DNA of 60,152 bases, filler included, from Basidiobolus meristosporus CBS 931.73 (lineage: Eukaryota > Fungi > Basidiobolomycota), in assembly GCA_002104905.1 (NCBI GenBank). It is 4 parts of 4 records of this genome, joined end to end, with 100 filler letters (N's around TTAATTAATTAA, not from the genome) between each part and the next. Parts side by side here need not be neighbours in the genome. Positions count along the whole stretch, not along the records: positions 1 to 20,051 come from MCFE01001013.1; positions 20,152 to 38,461 come from MCFE01001063.1; 2 more parts are not named here. The stretch is one strand, 5' to 3'. Shown one piece after another: positions 13,215 through 25,859 of the stretch; position 1 is the first letter of the stretch; each line of letters begins with the position of its first letter. The notes beneath the pieces were generated by a model. That model ran no database searches. It had not been told where the DNA came from and saw only the letters and a list, made by a program, of their open reading frames with translations. Position numbers and translations under genes: made by a program.

Positions 13215-13893
13215 TTGTCGTTAATGTACATATAGTTTTTAGTCGCTAATGAGTTCTCTCCTGTATTTATCCCTCCATGTTTCCTTTACTCCTTTCCTAC
13301 TCCTATCCCTAACCTTCCATCCTGCAACCTTGATGTGCCTTAGGCTAGTGTAATTAAATTATTGAACTGCGCTTCGAAGTTTTTGGTAGTTTTCAACTAG
13401 AAAACCTTGTGATGGCCTCAGATCTATACTCTATGTAATAATTTCTGAACATTGTTTTGCAACAATTCATCTGCTGACAATTCACTTCGGTGAGATCGTT
13501 AACCCATCTTTATAATAAGGCTTGCTTCGAGGGTACATGCATAAGCACAGGTATGGCCACTCCAATACAGTGAATCTGGTATGCAGTCACCATTCAAAAT
13601 AACTGTTGTGGTGCTATGGTGGAGTTTGCAGATGACTAGCTTGAAGGTTTCCGTTGTAAACAGGTTAGATTTTGAAAATCAGAGCTCCCTAAAAATCCAT
13701 AACGTAAAGGAGTCAGCCAGCTATGATTGGCTCAAAAGTACCCTTTTTACTATCAGATAATTTACCCCCAATCAACTGAGTTCACTTCAACAAGGACAAG
13801 TCCACCGACTTGGAACATCTGGACCAAGCCCCAATCACCTTTTCTTATCCGACTCAAGTATTCTCGCACCACCTTTAGTCTACATACCTTCAC

Positions 13894-16055
13894 ATGGCTG
13901 ACGATTACCAACGGTATTATTCCCAGCACACTTCGCCTCCTCGCGCAGCTACCCATCCTCAAACATGGGAGTATCCGCACCCGAACACTGCTGAAAATGC
14001 TGGAACCTGGAATCAACAAGGCTATCCTCAGCCAAATTACCCTCCTTCAGGACATCTGCCTCCATACCCTAACCAAACTTACCAGAATTACATGCCTCGG
14101 ACGCCGGATTATCCTACTGGATATGAACCTTCACCTTATCCTGTAGTGAATCCACCGGCACCTCCCACCCTCGACACCGCAGATGCTGGTTTACCAAGCC
14201 ATAACAATAACCGATACACAGCCATCCATCGCTCGCATACCTATGGCCGTAGCTCCTCACCACCAGAACGGGTCAGCACTCTAAGAGAAGCCCGGCCAGA
14301 ATCTTTAATTCCTCCACACACCCCAACTCCTATGGAAACCCCTCAGACTGAACCCAGCCTGCAACCGACTTACCCAGCTCCCGGCCAACCTGAAATCAAC
14401 CCGGAGCAAGTGGCCCCTATCGAAACCAACTCGGCCCCTCTACCCCAGACCGAGCAGAAAAAAGGTACCAAGACGTCCACCATCCCGACGCTTTTAGAAC
14501 CAGTACTAACCCTGCTTGACCCCGATTATTTCCTTCGCAGAGGAGAAAACGATCTTCCTTGAATTCGAGCAACAGGTAAAGAAGGCCACCCTTCCAGAAA
14601 GCCCCACCCTCTCTCAGCTGGGCCAACTGTTTGTGGAGAAATTCGGGTGCTCATTTGAACAGGACAAGCTCCCACCCATCTACGTCGAGGACAAGGACGC
14701 TCGTGTGTGGTACGAACTTGAGGATGTGCAGGATCTGATGGACAAGTCCCACTTGAGATTCCACCTACCAGGTAAACCGCAGGAGCCGTCGGGATTCTTC
14801 AACCTTCGCTAAACGTCTTGTCTTCACTCTATCTTGAACAGCCCCTTCCGAATCGAAAGTCGACTCACTTCAGAAACAGGTGGATGACGGATTTGCCATG
14901 GTTGCCAACGAGTTGAAGGAACTGAAGTCCCTGTGTAAACCGGGAAACCTTGCCGCGGTAATTCCCGAAGGAGGCCTCCATCGAAGCAACACGATCGCTG
15001 CCATAGGGTCAGTCGATAGCCGCTTGGTAGTAGGTAATGGGAATGGCCGCGGCATTGTCTCCAACAGCTCCACCCTGCCGCAAGAGAAGGTGCGTCAATT
15101 TCAGAATGAGATCCGTTCCCTGCGAACCGAACTCAGCGTGGTCAAGCAACTCTACAGCGAATACCAAACGGAGGCCAACAGCATGCTGACCAACCTGGCC
15201 ACCAGCACCAAGATATTCAAAGAGAAGTTGGAGAAAACCCCACAGAGCTCCCGCACAGTCATCGACGCCGGGATCAATAAGCTCGAGCAAAAGGCCATCT
15301 CAGTGTACGACAGGATGCACGATCTTCAGGACATCATCGACGACATGAAAGCCCTTGTGATCAAGAATGGTAAGCCTAGCAAGTTCCAGGTGGATTTCGC
15401 GTTTAAGGAATCCAGAGCCATTGCGGAGGAATTGGTTGGACAAAGGAATTACGTGGACGAGGTGACTCCTGGATGGAAGAAGAATTTCGAGGAGGAGCTC
15501 AAGCATATCATCAGCTGTCAAGAGTTCCTGAAGAAGCATCAGGCTCTACTGAACGACCTCGAGGATGAACACAAGGAGTCCCAGACTTTGTTGGAGCAGC
15601 TGGGTAAGATATTGGAGCTGAAGGCCAAAACCGCCGTGAAGCCGATCACCATCGATGTGGCGTCGATCGAAGAGAAGCATGATGTCCTGGGGAACGTGTT
15701 CCAAGAGATTGCCTGCGTCGATCCCAACTCCGATCGGCGTATGCGGGCGATGGCCCAGTCGGAAAAACTGCGTCGCTGGGAGCTGGAAAACAAAGTGGAC
15801 GAGTTCGAGGCTGAACTGAATGATTTCGTAGGCTCCAAGAAACTTCGAAAGACCGGTGGCACTGAAGAGCTGGAGCGTATGAGGGAAAAGAGAAACCGGG
15901 AAACTTTGACCGCCATGCTACGTCAGCAACAGCAGCAAAAACTATCCGCCTCTTCCTCGCAGCCAAGTCCACCACCGGCACAGGCACAGGCACCAGCACC
16001 GGTCGAGGCAGAGCCCAATGCTACTACTACCGAACCCGTCGATCAAGTCGAGTGA
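13894..16055 (+). CDS. BUD6: Bud6/Aip3-like actin-interacting polarity protein; exons 13894-14464, 14541-14771, 14842-16055
   Basis: Two GT-AG introns (76 and 70 nt) join the three ORF pieces in frame. Pro/Tyr-rich N-terminus, TIFLEFEQQVKKATL...YVEDKDARVWYELEDV block, and C-terminal coiled coil with DPNSDRRMRAMAQSEKLR. Confidence 0.85.
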
Positions 16056-16337
16056 ACCAATCATGAATCACATTGATCCAATTGTAAAAACCCTGAAAAT
16101 AGCTGTAAACCGTGAACTTGCTTCCCTCATGTATCCCGTGCCCTTTCGTATTCATAGTAATAAGACTAATCCCACTATCAAATCCAGTATTTTCATGGAT
16201 TCCTATTGGATCACAGGAGTTTTTCCCATAGTAAAAGTCATTGAAATCAATCTGTTAGCCAGCATAACCCAATTTAGCGCGGATTATCCAGAGTCCATGT
16301 TAGCATGGTTTAGGTGATCCAAGGTGGCCACGCGATG

Positions 16338-16345
16338 TGACGTCA
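16338..16345. promoter_or_regulatory. Perfect CRE palindrome TGACGTCA about 130 bp upstream of the microprotein ATG
   Basis: Exact ATF/CREB consensus seen in the sequence; function inferred. Confidence 0.4.
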
Positions 16346-16474
16346 ACTGGCGGAGCAAAGTAGGTGGAAATCTTTTTAAGGATTATGAGGCTCCCCTCCC
16401 CCAAAAACTTCATTTCCAAGAGACACATTCTCGCGAACACTAAATCCACGTATCCTCTCCCTTAACGACAAGAA

Positions 16475-16818
16475 ATGGAATTCCTTAGGAGGTATGGTGC
16501 AGTATTGATGGCGGGCGGTGTTGGTGTTCTTTCAGGCCTTTACATATTCGGACCCCCCTTGGAACACATGGCCAGGTCAGTCCATTCCTAAACTAGCCCT
16601 TGTCCACCTGGCCCGCTAAAACCCTAACCACCTACTCCAGAGAGGCACAGGAGGCCCACGACAAAGCATTAAAAGAACAAGGCGAGACTTTCGAGAAGGT
16701 TCGAAACAACTTGAAAGAAGGATCTGCCGAGGCCAAGAACGCCATTTCAAACACCGCCTCAGACTTCAAGCAGGAGATCAAGGAGGCCGTACAAAAAGTC
16801 ACCAGCGCCAAAGACTAG
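16475..16818 (+). CDS. 92-aa single-pass membrane microprotein (PIGBOS1-like N-terminus, amphipathic/LEA-like tail); exons 16475-16575, 16641-16818
   Basis: 65-nt intron (GTCAGT...CTAAC...CAG). Spliced product MEFLRRYGAVLMAGGVGVLSGLYIFGPPLEHMAREAQEAHDKALKEQGETFEKVRNNLKEGSAEAKNAISNTASDFKQEIKEAVQKVTSAKD. Confidence 0.75.
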
Positions 16819-17219
16819 CGAAATCCCAACCAAGGTTAATGTTCTGGGGATCAATTATGATGTTGGGTTATGTAAGGATGGCACTTATCCCAGCAGCCTA
16901 CATTTTAAGGTTGTCTTTACATCATTCCAAGATGATGATAATAAATTACTATGACATAAGCTAGTTCTGGCCAATTTGGGTAAGTCAGGAATCACTTCCA
17001 GATCTTGCTAGAATGAAAAATCAACACCCAAACTCCGAACCTCCCTGATGTCATTGGTGTGACTTATTTAGCAAGGTAGTGTAGTAGCAGAGAGCAGTGG
17101 AGTACAACTGCAGTGATACGATTGAGGAAAGAGATGGATTTGTTTGTGCCCATTTCGATGCCAGTATCGATGCTGGATAAGCTCTGATTAGCATGATAGT
17201 CCGGGGTGGCTTTTCAAAG

Positions 17220-17452
17220 TGACGTTGGCGTTGATGCGCTTTTAGATAAATGACGTGAGCGTGCTTTCAAAGACGTCGCGAGCAAAATCTCGATGAGCGC
17301 TAATGGAATCCCATCCAAATGCCACAATTATTAGTCCAAATCTAGAAAGGATTCCAACAAACCGAGAAATTTAACTTGATAAATGATCCAGTTTGGGCAA
17401 AGTCGAGGGCATCTGCCTCTACCGATATATATACCATTGCTGCTGCTGACGT
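17220..17452. promoter_or_regulatory. Cluster of CRE-like TGACGT sites upstream of TPS2
   Basis: TGACGT at 17220, 17251 and 17447; GACGTC at 17272. Confidence 0.35.
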
Positions 17453-17512
17453 TGGTTACTATTCTTGTCTCTGCTCTAATTATTCCTCCCTAATCTCCTT
17501 ACACTTTACCAA

Positions 17513-19937
17513 ATGACAGCCAAAAAAACCCTCCCTGACCAACCCAAGGGCCGCATTATCACCCTAACACACTTCCTACCTCACGCATGCTGTTTCGAGG
17601 GGCAGGTCCAGAAGGAGAGCAAACACGGGGATGAGAAGGTCCTCTCCACCTCTCCACCTGAGACAAAGTGGAAAATTGCTCCCAGAAGAGGCCACAGCGC
17701 CATGTATGCTGGTTTACGGTCACTTGAGGAGACCGAAGAATGCATCCACGTAGGCTGTGTTGGCGATATAAAGGACGTCAACGGAGATATACTGGACTCG
17801 AATTTCTTGTCTCCTAACCACCAACAGACCCTCAAGAAATTCTTGTGGGAGAGTGAGAAACTACTCCCCGTATTCCTGGATGAAAAGGAAGCGGCAGGCC
17901 ATTATGAGGGGTACTGCAAAACCGGTACGTGCAGTTGAGCGTCTCTGGCAAGCGAACCGATTTCTAACTGATTTTCCTAGATTTATGGCCCTTACTTCAC
18001 TATATCTTATGGGACTCCGTAGGGCCACGGTACGCGCGAAGCACAGGACTGGGCGAATTATGTCAAAGTCAACCAAAAGTTCGCCGATACTGTCAAGGAG
18101 ATCTACAAGCCAGGCGACATTATTTGGATTCATGATTACCATCTAATCCTTGTGCCCAGGATGATCCGCCAAGCAATTCCAGATGCAATCATTGGTTTCT
18201 TCCTTCACTCACCATTCCCTAGTTCGGAGATCTTCCGTAGCTCTCCCAAGCGCCAAGAAATTCTGGAGGGCATGCTTGGGCCAACCAAATTGGTTTCCAG
18301 ACGTATTCCTATGCCAGACATTTCATCAGTAGCTGTACAAGAGTGCTAGGCCTGGAGTCCACTCCCACTGGGGTCGACTATCCATGGCGGCTATGTTACT
18401 GTGGGAACCTACCCTATTGGTATAGACGTCAAGAGTGTAGAGGCCAACCGAAACTCTCCCGGGGTGATGAAAAGATGAAGGCCATTCGGGAGATGTACGA
18501 GAACAAGAAGATTATTATTGGCAGAGACAAGATGGACAGGGTTACCGGGGTATTACAGAAGCTTTATGCGTTCGAGAAGTTCCTGGAAAGATATCCCCAG
18601 TGGAGAAACGAGGTGGTCCTAATCCAAATCACCACACCACCTCAACGGGAATCTCCTAAGCTGGGAGTCCAAGGTCTCCGAGGTGATCTCGCGGATCAAC
18701 GGCACCTACGGCTCTCTGGAGTTCACGCCTGTCCATCACTTCAACTCTCATATCGATCGAGAGGAGTTCTATGCTCTGCTGAGACGTGTCGGACATTGGC
18801 CTGATCACCTCGGTCAGAGATGGCATGAATACCACCTCGCAAGAATATGTTATCTGCCAAAAAGAGAACCATGGCCCTCTTATTCTAAGTGAATTCACCG
18901 GTACCGCCGGGTCTCTCAGCGGCGCGATCTTGGTTAATCCATGGGACTACGCGGAGTCGCCGACTCGATCAACGAGGCACTCACAATGTCCTCAGAGGAC
19001 AAGCAAAACAAACACTTGCTCCTCTATAATCACGTCTCTTCACACACTGCCAAGTTCTGGGCAATAACTTCATCAAGGAACTCCGGATTCTCTCCGCCTC
19101 TGGAGACCATTCCGCACCTACACCATTCCTAAACGTAGACCTTGTGGTGAAGCAAGTACCAGTCCTCCAAGAAGAGACTCCTTCTCTTCGATTACGATGG
19201 TACTTTGAACTGCTATTCGTAAGACGCCTGGCGCTGCTCTCCGTCCCAGAGTGCTTGACGGACTGCGGAAGCTGACAAGCGACCCTCACAATATCGTCTG
19301 GGTCATCTCTGGACGTGATCAGGCTGCATTGGATGAATGGCTAGGTGGCGTCCCCAACCTTGGATTGAGTGCGGAACACGGTTGCTTCATTAAGTATCCG
19401 GACCCGGAAAACAAGAGTAAATGGATTAACCTGACCGAAGACTTGGACCTTTCTTGGAAAAACGATGTGCTGGCGATCTTCACGTATTACACTGAGCGTA
19501 CGCAAGGCTCATTCATTGAGCATAAGCTGTGCTCTCTGACATGGCATTATAGAATGCCGACCCGGAGTATGGCTCCTTCCAAGCTAAAGAATGCCAAAAC
19601 CACCTTGAAAACGCGGTCGTATCGAAATTGCCAGTAGAGATCCTGGTGGGGAAGAAGAACCTGGAGGTCGACCTGTATCCATCAACAAAGGGGAGATTGT
19701 TAAGCGGCTTGTCAAAGCGACCACGATTGCGACTTCGTTTTCTGTGCGGGTGACGACAAAACAGACGAGGATATGTTCCGTGCATTGAGGAAAGCTGAGC
19801 TACCCGAGTCGGCAAGCTTCCCAGTCACCATTGGTAGTGCTAACAAGAAGACACAGGCTTTGTGGCATGTGGATTCACCCGAAGATATCATCAAGGTGAT
19901 CACCACTTTGGGTGCTAGTAACCTTGGATCCGACTGA
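17513..19937 (+). CDS. TPS2: Trehalose-6-phosphate synthase/phosphatase (TPS2-type: GT20 + HAD phosphatase); intron 17925-17980; about 13 single-base frameshifts as given
   Basis: Frame-corrected motifs IWIHDYHL, GFFLHSPFPSSEIFR, GRDKMD, DGMNTTSQEY, LILSEFTG, LVNPWD, LLFDYDGTL, SGRD, LSAEHGCF, FCAGDDKTDEDMF. Confidence 0.85.
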
Positions 19938-20051
19938 TTCCTCTCACCACTGAGTATGTAATTCTTGTAGCATCTGCTAACCAATCAACCCTGGGTATAT
20001 ACATCACTCTGTATACTTGCAGACGAACATTCATATTATATATATACTCAC

Positions 20052-20151
20052 NNNNNNNNNNNNNNNNNNNNNNNNNNNNNNNNNNNNNNNNNNNNTTAAT
20101 TAATTAANNNNNNNNNNNNNNNNNNNNNNNNNNNNNNNNNNNNNNNNNNNN
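20052..20151. other. Assembly spacer (N run with TTAATTAATTAA six-frame stop linker)
   Basis: Identical 100-nt construct at all three gaps. Confidence 0.97.
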
Positions 20152-20335
20152 ACAAGCAGACAACTGTTCTGCAGTTGGCAACATATGACACATATATTGT
20201 CCTGATTCCAGCATGTGTTAACAGTTGCATGGCATTTACATCCAAAAATGCTACCAATGCAACATGTCCTAATTGTCAGAAATCCACCACCATTGAGGGA
20301 AAACATTGTTCACACTCCAGATATATTCCAGTCAC
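20152..20335 (+). mobile_element. CACTA transposase fragment fused by deletion to gypsy gag
   Basis: Encodes ATYD...LIPACVNSCMAF...CPNCQKSTTIEGKHCS, as at the start of ORF 3981-5594, then switches to CKEVNYQRPQT. Confidence 0.8.
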
Positions 20336-21789
20336 TCCCTGTACTTGTAAGGAGGTGAATTATCAAAGACCTCAGACTATTGAAGAAGCCATGAAGATTG
20401 TCATTGACTCTGATTCAGCTATGTTTGGAGTTGGGAAGCCCACAATGACTAATCAGAGAGACTACAATCACTATGAAAGAAGACAATCAGAAGCAATGCC
20501 AATGGAAATAGATGCTATGCAGAAGAATCCTAGCTCAGAAAAATGTAAGGAGAATGGACTTTGCTTCAGTTGCCACCAGCAGGGACATATTGCAAAGTAC
20601 TGCCCTCAGAGAAGAAATGGACACCGGCCATCAAAAACCTTTAACCATATTGAGGCCATGGAGCATAGTAACATGGAGGATAAACTTGAAGAAGACTCAG
20701 AACTCACCTTCCATATGACAGAAGAGTACCTATCCTAGATGACCTCAAACTCAGGAAAGCTATTATACTTGAATGGAGTAATCAATGGAGTACCTGCCAA
20801 GATCATGATTGACTCAGGAGCATTGCATGAATATATATCAGCGCAATTTGCTTTGAAAGCTGGAATCAACTTGGAGCCCACCAAATCAACTTCAGTATCA
20901 ACAGCTGATGGGAACTCTCACATAATCAACTGTATAACTCAGACAGTAAGGTGAAGAACAATGACTATGAAGAAGATCTACAGGCCTATATATTTGGGAA
21001 CTGCAAGTTTGACCTTGTACTTGGGAAAACCTGACTATTTTCTTGTAATCCATCAATCAACCGGAGAACCTATGCTACTCAGATCCAGAAGGACAACAAG
21101 ACCTATAAGCTATTAGCTGCCAGACTGAATTTTAGCCTGGTCAATTCCAGTGTGTGTGAAACAAGTGAACTTAGCAAGACACAGTTCTGTAGAGCACTAA
21201 GAAAAGGCGCCCAGATTTTCCTCATGGCAGTATTACAGGAGGATTCCCCTACTCCAGTACCCCAGAAGGTCCAGACTCTTTTGAAGGAGTATTTAGATGT
21301 ATTTCCAGAAGAGCTTGCAAGTCCACCACCAGTCAGAGATGTGGATCATGCCATTGAAACAGGAGATAGCCCTCCAGTGAGGAAGACACCATACAGAATG
21401 AGTCCATTAGAGTACAAAGAGATGAAGAGACAAATAGATCAGTTACTGGAGCAAGGATATATCAGACCCAGCAAGTCACTTTGGGGAGCACTGGTACTTT
21501 TTGTGAAGAAGAAGGATGGAACACTTAGAATGTGCATTGACTACATAGCCCTCAACTCAGTTACTGTGAAGAAAAAGTACCCCATACCTTGGATTGATGA
21601 GCTCTTGGACCAACTCAATGGAGCCACTATTTTCAGCAAGATTGACCTCATGTCAGGATACAACCAAATTAGGGTAAAGCCAGAAGACATCCCTGAGACA
21701 GCATTCAGGACCAGGTATGGACATTACAAGTACCTAGTCATGAGTTTTGGCCTCACCAATGCCCCTGCAACATTCATGACCCTGATGCA

Positions 21790-22158
21790 TGTTGCAATTT
21801 AAGAAGTGATTTGGATATAAGGAACTTATCAAGAAATAGTGATAATAGTTGAACTGTTGTTTATTCATAAAGAAGCTCAGTATTTATACCTTTGTAGAAG
21901 TAATACAGCTGCAACACTAAGTAGGGAGGGTTTCTCAATATTCAGGAGCATTCTGTAACAGTTTCAGGGTTAGTACATAATGTTTGGTAATAGTGCTAAT
22001 TTGATCCTGACTATAGGGGAATAATCATAAGATCATATATCTGGAGAAAGTGGCAAAGTTAAGGCAGTAAATGAGTCCTACAGTGACTAAGACTAGCCTA
22101 GAATTGTTAAGTAAATTTTTAGCTGCTGAATGATACCAAATAGTCCAATATTTCAACA
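21790..22158. mobile_element. Solo LTR (369 bp)
   Basis: TGTTG...CAACA ends, perfect 5-bp TSD ATGCA (21785-21789, 22159-22163); gypsy RT resumes after it. Confidence 0.88.
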
Positions 22159-22559
22159 ATGCAGCCTGTCTTCCAGGAGTACTTAGACAAGTTTGTCATA
22201 ATCTACTTAGATGATATAATGTTATATAGCAAGACAGAAGAGGATCACTTGGTGCATATTGAAAGGTCTTGAAGAAGCTAAGACAGAACAAGCTTTATGG
22301 CAAGCTACCCAAGTGTAAATTCTTCAAGGAACACATTGAATATCTGGGACACATAGTGACTAGCACATGAGTAACTTTAGACCCTAAGATGGTTGAAGTG
22401 ATCAAGAATCTGAAGCAGCCCCATAGCATATCAGAGCTCAGATCATTCCTTGGAATGGTTTCCTATTATTAGAGACTTATCAAGTCTTCCAGATGCTCAA
22501 GAATGAACTTGCTAAGCTGCCAAGCTTAAGAATACCTGACTTCAGAAAAGAGTATACTC

Positions 22560-25500
22560 TGTTGAAATATTAGAGAGATATATTGGAAGTGAATTGGAGA
22601 ATTAGAAGATTTACATGATATTCACTTGATGTTTTATTGAGTTGCAACACAGTATTTATACCTATTGCAGAGCTACGTAAATGCAACTATTTGGTCATTA
22701 TTAGGGGAGTCTCAGGAGTACATGTGCCAAGTTTTGGCTCATTTGGACAAGTTTCAGATTTTCCTAAAATTCTGTACTTCTCTAATTCCCAATAATTAGT
22801 AAATATCTTACGAACTAATTTTCATGTTGATAATCTGAAATATATCATTTCACTAAGTGCTAGTTCATAATATATTAATAATTAGGTGGACTCCTAATTA
22901 TTTCAACACTCCCACTCACATAATATATTCATATACTTATGAACTTGCTGTGGTGTTGTGTATCTTGCGGTTGAAATTAAACCTGCAATTAACCATCTAA
23001 CCTATTGGACTAATGTATTCTCCAATATATGTTAAGGATTGCATATTTTCTGTAATAACTAAGTATAAGTTCTTACTGTTAATTACATACTTCAGATCAA
23101 ATTGCTTTGAGTCTGAATTCTGATTTCATCGCAAATATATATGAATGAGTATCATCCATTTGATCGGAGTAAAACTTTTTATATACTGATCAAATCCCGG
23201 CATAGTATGTATCATCAGAGAGCTGCGTTCTCAGGCTATCTGCTGTTTCTTATTTGAGTAAAATTGGTCAATAATTGGCGAAGTTAGGATGTGGTCTTCT
23301 CTCCAGTAGATCTGGATCATCCACAGTTCCGGTCTATAGTCTAATTCACTTAGACTATCCTCCATATATCCATAATTGGATCTGGATAGTAACTTTCCTC
23401 ATATACTCCATATATGATCTGCTGAGACCAACAATTGGTCAGCATTGTAGTGGCCTTATTCTTCACTGGTTGACCAAGTATTTCCTCTTCTGGACTAGTT
23501 CCTTCAATAGTATCTAGCTTAGCTTTTCTTCATTCCTGATCTGGGATATTGTACTCCCACTGAAGCTACGTCTTCTGGTGCTTCCTGCCTTCTAAAATTG
23601 ACTCAGATAGATCATATATATCCTTCTGATCTAGGCATAACTTTCTTAGACTGATATTGCAGTTACGGTATTGAGATCTTCCCTTTACATCTTGATAGGC
23701 TTGATTTGGTATCACAAGATACCACAGCCTGATTGGCAGCTATTCATAGAGGTTTCATCCTAAACAGGATAGATATGGTCTCATATGTACTGTTGCACTT
23801 TAAACAGTACAACCTGATCTGGCACTTTCTAATTGCGTAAATCTACCATAACAGCTCTGATAAGTCACTGTTACTTCTGATAGAATTTTCCAGCATAGAG
23901 CTTGGTTGACAGTGCAAATAGACAAGTCCATGATCTTCTGGACCCATTATAACCCTTAGGTTGGCCCTTGGTACCACTTCTCTAGCTCCAACTGTAAGTA
24001 AGTTGACTTCATTGCTCACCGTAATTGTGATGTTGCCTCTGAGTACATAGGTTCTCTTGGACTGCTCTGCTGCTTTCCTTAGCAACAATACTCCACTAGC
24101 CTTGTGTGGTAGGATAACTGGATCAAATCTAGTGTGCTAGATAGTCCAAATCTGGCTTAGGTGTCACCTAACTCCATTTAGAAACTGACAACTTATTGGC
24201 GGTAGGTTTTTGTTCCATATCTGGTCTTAAAGATGCTGGTTGCTGGAATTTCCTTATTGATCTAGATCTGGACCATGCAGGTAGCATATCCACGGTTTGT
24301 TAGATCTCCCAGAGTGTTCAGGAACCTCCTGTCTTCAAAACATATCTATTCTGAGATGTTTCAACCAAATCGGTCATCCATTTGGATCTGGCATAACTTT
24401 TCACAGGCTTGATCAAATTTGATCAAATAAACTTCCTTAAAAAGCCATTTCTCTCAGCATCTTGGTAGCAGATATCATCATTGCAGTTTGGCCCGTAGCT
24501 GGGAGCTGCAAGTAACTTGATCTGATCTTAATAGCATGATTAACATCTGATCCATGTTAATATAAATGATCCTTCATCACTGTATGTATGTGATATATGT
24601 ACTAGCGTAGGGCAACTAGTACACTCCTTGATAGTACTTCATGCATATTCTCTAGTGCATACAGAGACTATAAGCATATACTTTGGTCAAGGTCTCCGGT
24701 AGCACTTTTCTTGATGGCGGTAGAAATTCCATGCTTCAACATATATGGATATATCGCCTCCCACTGTTCCTGATACTTGATGTAGACATGTAGCCTGTCT
24801 AATAAGTGTCTCACAGGGCCTCAGGATCATTGGTACTGGAAATAGTACCACTGATATATCATGCGTACCACTCCTAAGTTGGCATGTCTGAGATCACTGA
24901 TCTTTGGCCAAATATATAGGTATTGTAAATCATTTTGATCCTCAGAGTTTGGGCAAGCTGATCCATATATTTGTCTGCATATCCAACTCCAAACTAGGGC
25001 AGCAGGCGGCATCAAAGTATTTGCGCATCATTTCATTTCAAGTAGCTACAGACTTTTGTAAATTCACTGCAGCAATGTGGGCACTTCATTGACTGAAATA
25101 GTCTAATGCAAACCCAGGTATATGTGGATCATCAACATAGCTCCTTTATGTTGTGATAATAAGGATCATAGCACTAATACATATATCATGTAATATGCCC
25201 CTTATTGATCTGGACTCCTTGCTGGGATTACGCATTTTCTCAAAGCTTCATCCTTCTGCACATTTCATAATTTGAAAACTGTTCAACATGACCTCCTTGA
25301 CATATGACCTTTTTCTTTGCTTAGTGTCTTCTTTAAGGGCAAAGGCCTCTTTCTCCAAAACAATATATCCCATCTAGCAGTTCTTTGCAGTGGTAGTACT
25401 TTTCTGTCTTTTGTAACTTCAGGTAAACCAGGCAGTCTTTCTCCAGAATAAAGACACAGCACTAGAGCAAAGTGGATAACTAAGATAAAGCAAGCTTGGG

Positions 25501-25859
25501 GCTCATAACCTGTTGAAATATTAGAGAGATATATTGGAAGTGAATTGGAGAATTAGAAGATTTACATGATATTCACTTGATGTTTTATTGAGTTGCAACA
25601 CAGTATTTATACCTATTGCAGAGCTACGTAAATGCAACTATTTGGTCATTATTAGGGGAGTCTCAGGAGTACATGTGCCAAGTTTTGGCTCATTTGGACA
25701 AGTTTCAGATTTTCCTAAAATTCTGTACTTCTCTAATTCCCAATAATTAGTAAATATCTTACGAACTAATTTTCATGTTGATAATCTGAAATATATCATT
25801 TCACTAAGTGCTAGTTCATAATATATTAATAATTAGGTGGACTCCTAATTATTTCAACA
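22560..25859 (-). mobile_element. Non-autonomous Ty1/copia-derived element, 3300 bp, two 349-bp LTRs (22560-22908, 25511-25859)
   Basis: TSD TACTC; PBS GGTTATGAGCCC (25499-25510, minus strand); PPT TGAGTGGGAG next to the 3' LTR. LTRs look identical by eye; the interior holds only faint gag/IN/RT traces and no long ORF. Confidence 0.9.

Noticed and set aside
14870-15999. Several antisense ORFs over the Bud6-like gene (and over TPS2 and the glucanase)
   Set aside because: Shadow ORFs typical of GC-rich coding sequence.
20096-20107. Palindromic TTAATTAATTAA repeated three times in the window
   Set aside because: Artificial six-frame stop linker within identical N spacers; not biological.
20175-20738. 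Novel transposase-gag fusion protein (187-aa ORF)
   Set aside because: Chance in-frame deletion junction between two dead elements, with a non-ATG start.
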